Positions 46,763 through 60,250 of a stretch of DNA of 64,000 bases are shown one piece after another (the stretch's first letter is position 1; every line of letters begins with the position of its first letter). The notes beneath the pieces were generated by a model that saw only the letters and a program-made list of their open reading frames with translations, searched no databases and was not told the DNA's origin. The stretch comes from the human T2T-CHM13v2.0 reference genome, Homo sapiens. The position numbers and the translations under genes were made by a program. The stretch lies in the NCBI RefSeq assembly GCF_009914755.1, contig NC_060938.1, one strand, 5' to 3'.

Positions 46763-48143
46763 TGAGAGGTGACAGCATGCTGGCAGTCCTCACGGCCCTC
46801 GTTCGCCCTCAGCGCCTCCTCTGCCTGGGCTCCCACTTTGGCGACGCTTGAGGAGCCCTTCAGCCCACCGCTGCACTGTGGGAACCCCTTTCTGGGCTGG
46901 CCAAGGCCGGAGCCGGCTCCCTCAGCTTGCGGGGAGGTGTGGAGGGAGAGGCGCGGGCGGGAACCGGGGCCAGCACGAGTTCCGGGTGGGTGTGGGCTTG
47001 GCGGGCCCGGCACTCGGAGCAATGAGGGGCTTAGCACCCGGGCCAGCGGCTGCAGAGGGTGTGCTGGGTCCCCCCAGCAGTGCCGGCCCACGGGCGCTGC
47101 GCTCGATTTCTCGCCAGGCCTTAGCTGCCTCCCCGCGGGGCAGGGCTCGGGACCTGCAGCGCGCCATGCCTGAGCCTCCCCCCACCGTGGGCTCCTGTGC
47201 CGCCCGAGCCTCCCTGATGAGCGCTGCCCCCTGCTCCACGGCGCCCAGTCCTATCGACCACCCAAGGGCTGGGGAGTGTAGGCGCACGACGCGGGACTGG
47301 CACGCAGCTCCACCCGCAGCCCTGGTGCAGGATCCACTAAGTGAAGCCAGCTGGGCTCCTGAGTCTGGTGGGGACGTGGAGAACCTTTATGTCTAGCTCA
47401 GGGATTGTAAATACACCAATCGGCACTCTGTATCTAGCTCAAGGTTTGTAAACACACCAATCAGCACCCTGTGTCTAGCTCAGGGTTTGTGAATGCACCA
47501 ATCGACACTCTGTATCTAGCTACTCTGGTGGGGCCTTGGAGAACCTTTGTGTGGACACTCTGTATCTAGCTAATCTGGTGGGGACCTGGAGAACCTTTGT
47601 GTCTAGCTCAGGGATTGTAAACACACCAATCAGCGCCCTGTCAAAACAGACAACTCGGCTCTACCAATCAGCAGGATGTGGGTGGGGCCAGATAAGAGAA
47701 TAAAAGCAGGCTGCCGGCGCCAGCAGCGGCAACCTGCTCAGGTCCCCTTCCACACTGTGGTAGCTTTGTTCTTTTGCTCTTTGCAATAAATCTTGCTCTG
47801 CTCACTTTTTGGGTCGACACTGCTTTTATGAGCCATAACACTCACCGCAAAGGTCTTGCAGCTTCACTCCTGAAACCAGCAAGACCACGACCCCACCGGG
47901 AAAAATGAACAACTCCAGACGCCCCGCCTTAAGAGCTGTAACACTCACCGCAAAGGTCTGCAGCTTCACTCCTGAGCCAGCGAGACCACGAACCCACCAG
48001 AAGGAAAAAACTCCGAACACATCCGAACATCAGAAGGAACAAACTCCAGATGCGCCACCTTAAGAGCTGTAACACTCACCGTGAGGGTCCGCGGCTTCAT
48101 TCTTGAAGTCAGTGAGACCAAGAACCCACTAATTCTGGACACA
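46763..48143 (+). mobile_element. LTR12C (HERV9) solo LTR
   Basis: TGAGAGGTGACAGC...GGACACA termini; GC/CpG-rich 5' part; five CCAAT boxes in tandem units (47416-47668); GATAAG 47691; AATAAA 47785; three U5 repeats; 4-bp TSD cttt/ctgt; no internal ERV sequence. Confidence 0.93.
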
Positions 48144-48312
48144 CTGTCTTCCAAGAATGTACAATCCAGTGGGGTGATGAGAAGTTCAATATTTCAATAT
48201 TCAGAAATGTTTCTAAACTTTATATTAGAATTGCTTTGGTGTTTCTTTTTTCTTAGGGCTGTGGGTGTCTTCTTTATCTCCTCCAAGGCTCAGTGTATGG
48301 TAGGCATGTTTG

Positions 48313-48651
48313 TGAGACAGCCAAGTAAAAACGCGTCCCGGGAAAACCTCTGACCAGCCTGCGCACTGGGAGGAGTGTGCAATTGGGTGGAGCCTCCGGA
48401 AGCTCGCGCTGTTTGCAGGGCGGAGGAGCTTGGTCCCTCCTCTTCCTGCGTGGTATTTGAGATTCGATTTGCGAGGCGGGAAACGTGTACTAGCAGGACT
48501 GTCGGTCTGCGGAGAGTTCCCGTTTCCTTTTTTTTCCTTTTTGCCCAATAAGTTCCATTTTTCTCACCCTTCAAAGTGTGCGAACCTAATCTCTCATCGT
48601 CATGTGACAAGGACACTGTTTTTAGCTGAACTAAGGAAAATTCCTACAACA
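48313..48651 (+). mobile_element. MER61-family (ERV1) solo LTR inserted in an L2 tail
   Basis: TGAGACAGCC...gcctgcgcactgggaggagtg...tttagctgaactaagg...CTACAACA; TSD tttg/ttag; flanks rejoin as an L2 3' tail. Confidence 0.8.
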
Positions 48652-48839
48652 TTAGGGGCCTTATAAATGTTTGTTGAACAAATGAATAAGTAACATAATG
48701 AGTGAGTATATGAATAAACACATAAATTTAATTTCCCAAAGCAACAATATATACAAAAGTGAGCTGTCACTCTTATCTACCATGACCGTCCCTTCCTCTA
48801 ATGCTAAAGTTCAGGTCTCATTTTCTATCATTTATTCCC

Positions 48840-49012
48840 AGCAGCAGATCCAGGTTTCTGTGGAGACTAAAGTTTATAGAATATAAGGGCCCTTCTTTAA
48901 GGAGGATTAAAGATTGCAAATGGAAAATTCAGTACAGCTCCTTTGCAGGGGTCTGTGCGAGTGAGGGGCACCGAAGTCTGTGCTTTTGGCTTCACAGTCA
49001 GCTCGGCCAGCA
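48840..49012 (+). mobile_element. MER53-like hAT MITE
   Basis: gcagatccaggtttctgtgg...gggcccttctttaagg...gtgcgagtgaggggc. Confidence 0.65.
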
Positions 49013-49134
49013 GGGCCCTTCTACACTCCGCTCCAGGGACACCTGCCTTCTTGCTTCCTCAAAAGCTTGCTCCTACCTTAGGGTCTTAGCAAGTGCTCCT
49101 CCCCCTCCTAGTCTTTCTCTACCAAGATCCTTGA

Positions 49135-49877
49135 CTTTTTTTAAAAATTGTGGTTAAAATATGCATAACATAATATTGATCATTTTAACCATCCATGAGT
49201 GTAGATTTTGGTGGCATTAACTAATTCACAATGTTGTGTAACCATCACTGCTATTAATATCAATACCCCCCATTTAAAAAATCATTTCCAGTTTAAACTC
49301 TCTACCCATTAAACAAAAACTGCCCTTTTTTCTCTCTTCCCCACAAACCGTGGCAACCATTATTGTATTTTTGCTTCTATGAGTTTGACTATTACATATA
49401 CCTCATATAGTGGAACCATACAATATTTGTCCTTCTGTTTCTGTACTAAATATAATGTTTTCAAGGCTCATTGTGGTGCAGCACCGTGTAAGAATTCTAT
49501 TTTTCTTGATGGCTAAATAATATTCCATTGTTTATGTTTGCAACATTTTGTTTACCCATTTATCTGTTGATGAATACTTGGGCTGTTTCCACTTTTTGGA
49601 TATTGTTAAGACTGCTGTGAACATGGTTATACGAGTATCTCTTCAAGTTTCTACTTTCCATTCTCTTGGGTATGTATCTAGGTGTTGAATTGCTAGGTAA
49701 TATGCTAGGTTTATGTTTAACTTTATGAGGAACCTCAACTGCATGGTTTTGCATTCCCACCAGCAATGCCTATGGGTTCTAATTTCTCCAAATCCTTGCC
49801 AACACTTGTTGTTTTCCTGTTTAAAAAAATTGTAGCCATCCCAATAGATTGGAAGCAGTATCTCTTTGTGGTTTTAC
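49135..49877 (-). mobile_element. L1MB 3' fragment
   Basis: aataatattccattgt...ttgggctgtttccactttttg...ttttgcattcccaccagcaatg; degenerate ORF2 C-terminus on - strand. Confidence 0.85.
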
Positions 49878-50176
49878 CTATTTTTTCATAGTCTTTAACA
49901 TTATATGAAATGGTCTTGTTATTTTCCTTTACTGGGTTTATTAGTCTGGAAGTTCATGAAGGCAGAACCATTTCTTTTACGTTCGTTTCTACATTTCCAG
50001 CATTCAGAACTGTTCCTGTCACACCTAGGAATTATGTTAAATAAATGAATGCATGGATGTTCTTCTTGCAGAACTATATGACTATCATTGCTAATTTATT
50101 TGTCCAAAAATCAGTGCTTAAACAACAGCACATCAATTAGATAACAAGTCCACAGTTTGTCTTAGGCATCAGAGCT

Positions 50177-50318
50177 GTGCCCCTCCCACTCCCAGTCATT
50201 CTCCACCAAGGTCCTTAACTTTTTAAAAAAAGTTGCAGTAAAATAGACATGACATAATATTGATCATTTTAACCATTCATGGGGGTAGAATTTGGTGACA
50301 TTAAATAATTCACAATGT
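50177..50318 (+). repeat. 142-bp local copy of 49093-49234
   Basis: ~85% identical and includes the flank/L1MB junction. Confidence 0.9.
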
Positions 50319-50580
50319 GCATTTGTGTGTAGCCTTGAACCAATAAACACCATTATCTTAGGACTTCTGAAAGTGAAGACTAAACACAATTTAAATGAAA
50401 TGATGTCATAAAAGTTATGCATAAACCGCAGATTAAATTTAGGTATTAGAATTGGAATTCAAAGTGAATTAAAAATTTTCATAAAGCTTGCATGGAGAAT
50501 TGTACACCCCTTTCTAGATGCCCAGTACTAAGGTTGCATTGTACTATGTGTAAATAGGAATGAAAATATTGCACTGGGGG

Positions 50581-50878
50581 AGCTGGGTGTGATGTCTCAC
50601 GCCTGTAGTCCCAGCACTTCGGGAGGCAGAGGTGGGAGGATCACCTGAGATCGGGAGTTTGAGACCAGCGTGGGCAACATAGAAAGATCCCGTCCTCCAC
50701 AAAAAATTTAAAAATTAGCCGGAAATTGTGGTGCATGCCTGTAGTCCCACCTACTCAGGAGGCAGAGACAGGATGATCACTTAAGCCCAGGAGATCAAGG
50801 CTGCAGTGAGCTATAATTGTGCCAGTGCACTCCAGCCTGGGTGACAAAGCAAAATCCTGTCTCAAAAAGAAAAGAAAA
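50581..50878 (+). mobile_element. AluJ
   Basis: TSD aaaatattgca(c/t)tgggg. Confidence 0.92.
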
Positions 50879-51419
50879 ATATTGCATTGGGGTCTGGAAG
50901 GAGCTGTGTCACAGAAACCTAACTCCTAAACAAACTGAAGTCTGAAAATTAGTGAGTCATTCACAACAATATGTAATTTTAACACATGGCTTCTGTGCAC
51001 TTTACAAACACAGAATTTCACAATGGAAAGTTTTCAACAATGCCATTCCCGATTGCCAAGAGCCAGAGTCACTGGGTGAAGGGATCCTGGAAATGGCCTA
51101 AGGAGCTGTAGCAAACAAACAGGGCCTATGTGCAGTGTTGCACCACAATATATTGCAAAGTACACTACAGGGTATCATACATGTCCACCTGAGCACCACC
51201 CAGTCTCACATGATCCGTTTGCTAATGTTTCAGACACAAATCAAACCATGCCTATTGTGTAGTCTGCAATTGCCCCTGGCCACTCTCTGAGTTACCAAGC
51301 CAAGTTGCAAAATGATAATATTTTGAAATCATGAAGTTTGTGTCTCTGAAGAGCAAGGAACCAGGGCTCCTGAGCATGTAAGGAGGACAGCAGATGCCCC
51401 TGAGGACAGCTGTCCTGAC

Positions 51420-51570
51420 CAGAAGCAGATTCGCCCTGAAGCTAATAAAGGTGAAGCTTTGGGGCCTGTAACTTACACAGGTGCCTTCCAAGGTTGGTGG
51501 GGACAGCAATTTTTCCTAAAGAGGCTCTCAAATTTTTTCACATCCACTAAAACCTGGATCCACCCACCTC
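51420..51570 (-). mobile_element. MER53-like hAT MITE
   Basis: tgaagctaataaaggtgaagctttggggcc...ccttccaagg...aaaacctggatcc. Confidence 0.6.
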
Positions 51571-51765
51571 TTCTTTCTCTAGCCATTCTCAGAAAATTTT
51601 GAAAATGCGTTTATTGGCCATTTTCTACAGGGAAACATTGACAAATACCGATGAGATTTCTGGCATCCCCTACAGGGCCTAGCACAGAGCCATCCACATG
51701 GTAGGGCTCAATAACCATTTGATACATAACATTAAATGCATAAAATAAAGTACACAGTTCCTTGT

Positions 51766-51798
51766 AGTGTGTGTGTGTGCGCGTGTGTGTGTGTGTGT
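51766..51798. repeat. (TG)n(CG)n(TG)n microsatellite
   Basis: Read directly. Confidence 0.9.
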
Positions 51799-51999
51799 TT
51801 TTGATACTCATCTTGAACATTTGCCTTTAGATATTCAGGGTTTACTTATTTTAAATGAAAAACCCAATGACATTTGTACTCAGAACACCTGTCTAGGAGT
51901 AACTGAAAGTTTATCTCTGAGGACCAATGACAAGAGACTTGGAGAAAATTGTGCTTTTGTTGGATGACTATAGAAAATGACTAAGTAATTTCCCATTTG

Positions 52000-52333
<334 letters not shown>

Positions 52334-53474
52334 TGAATTTTGTTTTACTCATTGGCAATCAAAAAAAAAAAAAGAATCTGTGACTTTTAGGTTGAGATAT
52401 TATTTATTTCTACCCAAATACTCCTCCAATTAAAATAGCTTTGTGCAAACTACTCTGAATGTACTGCAAATCTCGTTGCACAGTTACAGTTAACTGGGGT
52501 CAGAACTGAAACATTTAAAAATGGCAGCACCTCCCCCACCCACAAATGCCTCCTTTGGCCCTCCCAGACTTTGAAATTTGATCTAAGAAGAAACATGTTT
52601 GCTGTGAGAAGTTCTACCTAGTTCACTTCCAGTTAAATAGTCAATATTATAATACTCAGGTGAGGCCTTGGAGTGATGTGTGGAAAATTCTCAAAATTAT
52701 CCATTTCAGACAGATGCTTTGTAAACTTCCTCATCACACAGGACCAGTGGCCGCGTCCATAGATCCCTATGGTTTGTGCCCCGCATACCCGTTTGTGTTC
52801 CCTGTGAGTCACTCCCTTTTTAAGGGCTTAACAATAAAACCTGACTGTCCAGTTTTAGACTCCGTCATCGTCTATTAGATAGGAGCTTGGTGGGCATTTC
52901 ATATTTCTTTCCTTTCAGCCCCGAAAGTAGCATTAGCAGGGAAATTCAAAAGCAAGCAGAAAACTGGCATAGCTAATTTAGGCTAATTAGGATGGCAGAA
53001 GCCGAGATGCGTACTTCAGAGCTTCTCATGCCCTCCCGTGTCTCCACCTGATTGCTTTGTCCAGCAGCAAACCCAGGAGGCACTTCCAATTACATCACAT
53101 CCTCTTCAAACACCAAACCACTCAAGCTAATTTTATCCTATTAAACAGACTGAAGGATCCAGAAGAAAGGTTCTCTCCCCCTCCCCAAAAGCTTCAATTA
53201 CCAGGGTCCCTGATTATCATCGCTTCAATCCTATATGCACTGCTAAATACTTTTTTTGCTTAGCATTGCCTTCTTCATTTAGATGAAAAGCAAATATTAT
53301 GAGCATGTCTTTACAGTTCTGGTGAAGTGACATTAGGAGTAGAGCTAAAAAGAAGCACGCTGGTTATTAGCATGGTTAATCAAAGTCAAGTTTGAAGTTT
53401 CCAAAGACATTAGAATCACAGAAATTTCAGCACCTCTCTGAATATTAGCATTTAGAGAAAGCACTGCAGATTTC

Positions 53475-53582
53475 TATTTTTCTTCTCTTCTTTTCCCTTT
53501 TCTTTCCTTTCCTTTCCTTTTCCTTCCTTCCTTTCCTCTTTGCTTCCTTCCTTTTTTTCCTCCCTTCCTTTCTTCCATCTTT
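53475..53582. repeat. CT-rich polypyrimidine tract
   Basis: (tttcc/ttcc)n. Confidence 0.85.
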
Positions 53583-55884
53583 TATAAGAACTGTTGTAAA
53601 AATTACCAATAAGTATCCAGCAAAAGGAAATGTGTGATTCATGATAATAAATATGGAACAAGCAACTTGGCCATGGATGCAAATGTAAGGAGAGCTAGTG
53701 AGATAGATAACACAGCCATTCATCATTCCATCTACTTCTTCCTAGCAAACAAATGCAAATCGTGTGTTTTTCATGACACATATACCAAAGACCATCACAG
53801 AGTACAAACTTTTTATTTCCAAATTCAAACTCAACTTTCCATTCCATTTTGACCCAACAAAGAGGTCTTAATCTGAAAGATTTTAATATTTTTTCTGATT
53901 ATAAAAATAATCAAACAGTGTTCTAATTCTTTTAATGTAAAGCCCCTTCCAAACTAAGTTTAAGACTTGGAATCAAAATGAAGCATTTAGTTGTTCTTGA
54001 TTCTTTCTTGGAAAAAGATTTTTAAAAGCCACTTTAAAAAATCCTTGCTTAAGAAGACATGACAAGTAAAGATATATGAATTTACATGAAGAGGGTTACG
54101 GCGTCTGAAAGACTTGAAAAACTGTTTTTGAAGTTAAATACATCTACTGTGCAGGCACTGCTCCTCTTCTCAATGACAAGAAATAGGTTTGACAAATCTT
54201 AAAAGGTACCAGTGTAACAAAGAAAAGTTTTCCACCTTCAATATCACCTACATGCCTGGAGGATCCTTTTGCAATGACAGGCATAGTGATTTTTCATTTC
54301 TTCTGGAAATTTATTGTAACTTTTTTATAAAAAAAAAAAAACCTTCCCAAGACTTGTGATGGACATCAATGCATTTGTCAGTTTTAATTTCAGAAAGTCT
54401 CATCTGTATTCTGTGTAGTCAGTCCAAATGACTGAAATTAAATGTTTGCTTTTTTAACAATCTCTTTCCTTTAGCAGAAAATCTACCAGTAACTCTTACA
54501 CAATTGTCACTATTTCACTGGTATCAAAAAGCCATTGTCTTGGGACAATCATACCCCCCTCCCCACCCAAAAGAAACAGCCACTAAACAACAATCCATCT
54601 AAACTCTGTTTGGGCCAATTTTCTTAATGTTTCAGCAAGGCTTAATCTGTTGGCATAAGTGTTTAGTCCCATTAACAGCTAAAGTGACAGAGCCCACAAC
54701 TCAAGGTGCTGACAGTAAACAAGGAATTTGAGGAATGGCTTTTAAACAATGACTAAGCCTCAAGCCATTTTGTCTTCAGATGCCCTGAAACTTGTCCATG
54801 GCTGTAGGAAGAGTTGCCTCCTTTCTACAGTCCTACTTCTACTTAGAATGCACCTCCCTCCCGCTGTCTTGATATTAGCTGATTAGATTTGTCTTGCTAA
54901 AATCACTCTCCTCTGATTGGCCACTGAGGACCCACATGGCTGTTAAGATAAGCCACTCATTATTATTTTCTAGAACAAGCTTTGGCAAAAACTGGAAAAT
55001 AGGTAAGTTTGCACATGCTGGATTTCTCTTGGGATAACATCTCTCAGCCTGCCCTGGGACAGTCTCCTTTGGGCAAAAGCAGGGATTTCCTGACCTCTAT
55101 TATAGTCTGTTGTGCCTGGAGAGCAGAAAACACAATAAAATGTGTGGGCGTGGATCTCCCCACCAACAGAAAAGGACCCACAAGGGGTGCCAAAGCATAA
55201 TATTGAGAAGAGGACAATTCTTTTTAAATATCTAACTTCATTTTGGAGACTCTCCAGGATGTTTTAATCAACACGTGTCCTCTCCTGTGATCTCTCCAGC
55301 CAGTATTACCATATTTATCACTTATGCTACAAGAGCTAGCCAACAACTTTGCTGCTGCTTCTATGTCTTTTTACTACTCCCCAGCCCCTTGCTGTCTTCC
55401 ATCACCCCACTGCCTACTCATGACCTACAAACAACAACAAAAGAGAATATTTGCCTCAGGATCTTCATAGGATTCCAAGACCAGGGAGATTCCCCAAGGG
55501 ACCTGGACTCCTCACAGGGACTTTTCCACCTAATGTTCTTTTTTATGTCAGCTCCAATTTCCTACTTGGCAAGAATAGATACCATTGTTTTTTCCCTAAA
55601 CCTACCACTTCTCTCTGAAATATCACACACATAATATTCAGACTCTCTTGTGTGTGCTGTCCAGCACTGCTGAACAGAAAGGAGTTCCAGTAAGAGTGTG
55701 GTGTTCTGGCAAGCTGAGATTGGACTTGTAGCAAAAGGGGTAAGGAGAAAAAGGTTATCAATAAAGAAGTTGACAAAGTCGGTAGGGAATTTTTAAACTC
55801 CTTTCCCAATCTCTATAAAATTAAAAGGCAGGCAAATTAAGAGGCAGAAAGAGAGCAAGGAGGGTGAAGAAGGTCCATATTTCT

Positions 55885-56167
55885 TTCTTTTTTTTTTTTG
55901 AGATGGAGTCTCACTCTGTTGCCCAGGCTGGAGTGCAGTGGCACGATCCTGGCTCACTCCAACCTCTGCCTCCTGGGTTCAAGTGATTCTACTGCCTCAG
56001 CCTCCCAGTAGCTGGGATTACAAATGCCTGCCACCATGCCCAGGTAATTTAGAGACTGGGTTTCACCACGTTAGCCAGGCTGGTCTTGAACTCCCAACCT
56101 CAGGTGATCCACCTGCCTCAGCCTCTTAAAGTTCTGGGATTACAGATGTGAGCCACCAAGCCCGGCC
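55885..56167 (-). mobile_element. AluS with shortened linker
   Basis: TSD aag(g/t)tccatatttct; linker reduced to taattt. Confidence 0.93.
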
Positions 56168-56189
56168 AAAGTTCCATATTTCTGTAACC

Positions 56190-58950
56190 TTTCAACAATG
56201 TTTAACAGATGCTTGCTGTATGTCAGATATTGTATATTGTGCATACTGTGTGCTGGGAGTATGGGCATGGCAAGAAGCATTTACCTATCTATAATGTGGG
56301 AGAGGAAACAGACCAGAAAATTGATCATTACTATCCAGTGTGTCAAGGGGCTTTGGGAGCCCAGAGGAGGAAACCAGAGGAGAGGCAACTAAGTCTTCTG
56401 GGGGCGGGGAGTGCTGGGGCTTAGGGATAAAGGATGCCCAAAGGAGGGAGTGCTTTAGATGGGTGTTGAGAACAAATGGCCACCACTAAGCAAATGGGGG
56501 TAGGGAGTTGCAGGGATGCCAGGGTGTAATGAGAAGAGGGGCATCCCAGGGTAACAACAACAACAACAAAAAACAGCTGCAAAAGCCCAGAGGTATGGCA
56601 TATGTGGAAACTGAAAGCATCTTGGAATAGCTAGTGGTTAAGGGGAGGCAAGAGTAAACAGAGTCCAAGCTCTCAACTTACCGGAGCCTATAAATGAACT
56701 GTGACTATAACTTATTTTCATATTTCATCCATTTCAAATTCTGGAAAAGATGTAGCATTCTAAGATTTGTAGTTTTACCCAGATAACACTATTGCAGTAT
56801 CTGAAAATCTTGTGGATGTCAACATGAGCCTTATGGCAGTAGTCACAAGTTATCTTCATAGAGTTCTTTTTATTCCCTGCAGCGTTCAACTCTAAGATTA
56901 GGCTGCTTCTTCACAGAAGCCACCCCTAAAACACTGGTGCTGTCTAGGGTTTTGTCTCAAGTGTTCTTACTTTGTCTGTTCTCTCTGGGCAACTTTAACC
57001 ACATCTGTGGCTTCAACAAACACTGTAAACCAGTGACTTCCAAATGATACTTCTAGTCTAGATCTTCTTCAGAGTTTCCAGTCATTATTTCCACTTGTCC
57101 ACCTAAAATACAACATGTTCAAGACTGGACTCTTCCCTGTGCAAATCTGCTTCTCTTCCTCTAGTCCCTGTCATGTGGTGACTCCACTGCTCCTCTAAAG
57201 CTGGAGACACCTGGGCTAATCCTAGACTTTGTACTCCCCTTTCCCTGACTTATACATTTAAATCCAAAGTCCTGTCAATTCTGTGTCTGAATAGCTCTTT
57301 TATCTTTCTTTCTTCCTCTCCATCTTTATTTGCCAAACCGCTAAAGACATTCAGTTCAACTATTTACTGAAGGGTTCCAATTTGCTGTTTATTAAGTAGC
57401 TAAGACATGGCCCATTGAGGAACCAGGCTAGGTGATGAATTACCATCATCACTCAACTCCTTGCCTCCATCTTGTCCCCTTTTTATCACATCGCTGCTTC
57501 CCAAAAAGTTTCAATGGCTGTCGTTGTCTAAGATCTAGATGTCATAACATAGAAGCAACTTGAAGGTTGGCTTCTGACTTTCTGTTCAATATCATCTCTC
57601 CACACCCTCTATACCATAGCCATTCTGGAAGGAGTGCTACGTATGTGTGCATGCATGTATGTATGTGTGTATGTATGTATATATGTGCATATTTAGTGAG
57701 CATATTATGTTCTGGTATACCTCCATGGTATGTTATTGCCTATGTCAGGAACATCCTAGTAGACTCAGAAAACTTTTCTCCCACCTTCAAGTCTTAGCAT
57801 TTATGTTACCCTCTGTTCTTTACTGCCCTCCACCCCCACAATCCCCGGACCCTACCCACAGGCACCTTCTTCCAAGATCCTTTTACACCTTGTGAAAAAC
57901 CTCCTTTGAACAATTTCTATATTATGTTGTAAATGATTTCTTACAGGTCACGGCTATTCCCTCGCTGAATGTTAGCACCATATCCATGTGGGTCTCTTCG
58001 TCTCTGTACAGAGACTGGACCAGAGTGGCTGCCCAATGCATTGTTCAAGCTCTTCTGCAATAAGATCCTATTGTGTGCCTCAGGGCTGAAGAAGGCACCT
58101 TGGTTCCTAGGACTTGTGAACGGTCCAAGTGATCCAGCCCCCTGGCTGTTCTTTATTTGTAGGAATAGTGGGTCCTAAGCCCCATGGGGTCCCTGGGCAC
58201 ACATACCTCATGCCCCTTCCAAGGACATCAACGAGGGTGGGCTAGTAGAGCACCACCCAGAGGGCAGTGCCTGCCATTGAGTCCTCCCTGGGGCAGTCAG
58301 TCTTCCAAAAGACATGGTCCATTTCTCCAGAGTTCTTTAGCATATGTCCTCCTGCTCTTCCTACTCTCTAGGGAAACACGACCACTCTTGTCTCTCAGAA
58401 TTTCTCATCTCTGCAGCCTTGCTCATAGCTCTTCACCGGGACTGCCTGGCTTTTGACTCTACTTCTGAACTCATGTCCAGTCATTCTTCAAGACTAATTT
58501 TAAATCATTTTGTTCATGAAGTTTTCTCTGCCCTCCAAATTGGAATGGGTCCCTCTTCCTAAACATTTGTTGTTCCTACTTAATGGCACTAATTATATCT
58601 GCTTGTTGTTATTTGTGCCCTTCCTACCAGCTGGTCAAACTAACTCATAGTTATTTTTAGACCTCAGAATCCAGTGCAGCATCTTGCACAAAATAGATGC
58701 TCAATCAATTCAGGTCTTAGCTTAGATTCTTACTTCTGGGAAGTCTTCCTTGACTTCCTTAGTCTGGGTTATGTATCCTTTGTTTACCTTTAGTATCTTG
58801 TATTGCTCATGGGTCTGTCAGCTTTGTGGTGACAGGGATTGTATCTTTCTTGTCCACAGTGGTATTCCCAGTATCTCACATAGAACTGACCTCAACAAAT
58901 ACTTGTTGAACAAACGAGTAAACAAATTAGCGAACAGGGATGATTGAATG
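56190..58950. mobile_element. Cluster of L2 fragments in both orientations
   Basis: ttcaacaatgtttaacagatgcttgc (-); ccacctaaaatacaacatgttcaagactgg (+); gacagggattgtatct...aaatacttgttgaa (+). Confidence 0.55.
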
Positions 58951-59599
58951 AGTAGAACTCAATTATCATGGGGCCCGCAGAGCAGCAGCTTTTTGAAATA
59001 TCTGATTGAGTGACTCTGTGCCTTGATTTCACTCTTCTGAGGGACGTTGGAAAATGGAGATACTACCTTCAAAGCAAAGGAAAGTCCAGTAATTGTCCGG
59101 GGATATCAAGGAGTCCTGGCTAACTGAGAGATGAAGCTGGATGTAAGGTTTTGGAAGGAGTTGGTGGGAACAGTGGAGATGAAGCCTTGGTGGGGCAGCA
59201 TCAGGTCCCTTCACTGATTGGTAAAGGGTGACCCCTCCTTTCCCGATACATATGCTCATTCCTCAACCTCTTACAATTTAGGCAAAGGGTGGTGTGCTGC
59301 AATGGGCCGAGGGAGGCTCTGATGCTGTCGTCCTGGCATAGATCTCCCTGTCCTCAGAGCATGTCCTACTCTCCATAGATTCAACCACAGCTGCCCCTTG
59401 GCTGAGGAGCTTTGGGAAGGGTGGATGGTTTGCCTGGGGTAGAACGGAGGGAGAAAAGTAACATATCTTTAGTTGGAAGGGGAGTCTTTTTAGTATGAGG
59501 AAGTATTATTTTTTCTTTTTGATTTTAAAGGTTATTTAAATTTTGTAGTCAGTCTACCCTGTTCATGGTTCTTCAGAGTAAGAGTCTTTTTCCTAGCTT

Positions 59600-60250
59600 A
59601 GCTGCAAGCCTCCAAACTGCGCATGCACAATTTTCACCCCAAATGGGAAAAAGTAGACCATATTCACAACCGACAATAAAAATGTATCACAAAACCTCCC
59701 CAAGAGCTGTATTATTCAAGTTACCATCATTCAGTTGGATATTATGAAGGCAAAAAAATTAGAGATTGTGAACATCGCTGCTCTCGTTTTCTCTTGTGCT
59801 CATAAATGAATGTTTTTCAGCCTTCCCCATCCATCTTCATTAACATTGTAAGCAATTTGTATTGGTCCTGCAATGCAGCATCTTTACATTGTGCAAATGT
59901 ATGTGATGTTCTGGAAATGGGCAATTTAATATGAAAAGCACACCATGTCTCAGATTTTTTTTTATTTTCTAAACAGTAATTTCTGCTAGGAATTATTCCA
60001 TGATTTGTGCATAATTTCATGCAGATGGTTATTTAAATATAAATAGAGAAATCTGTCATTTAATATTGTGCCTGCCTCTCCTTGGGTTGGCATGCCCACA
60101 TTTTAAACTCGTGCCATAAATAAAAGATAAAAACATCTCTAAGCCCCACAGTAGTCAGAAGATAATTGGGCCTGCTCATTAATTGTCATTTGAGTGACCT
60201 CCAATTAACTCTCTTAATATTTTCCAGTTTCTTTAAAAAGAAACTTAAAT
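59600..60250. promoter_or_regulatory. Candidate enhancer block
   Basis: Repeat-free; CATTGT x2, GCATAATTTCATGC, CAGATG, CTGTCA, CATTAATTG, CAATTAA. Confidence 0.35.

Noticed and set aside
46732-47396. ORFs of 119-182 aa on both strands
   Set aside because: Stop-poor GC-rich LTR12C sequence with no recognisable protein homology.
47380-48120. Spaced direct repeats resembling a CRISPR-like array
   Set aside because: These are the standard LTR12 U3 enhancer repeats and U5 repeats.
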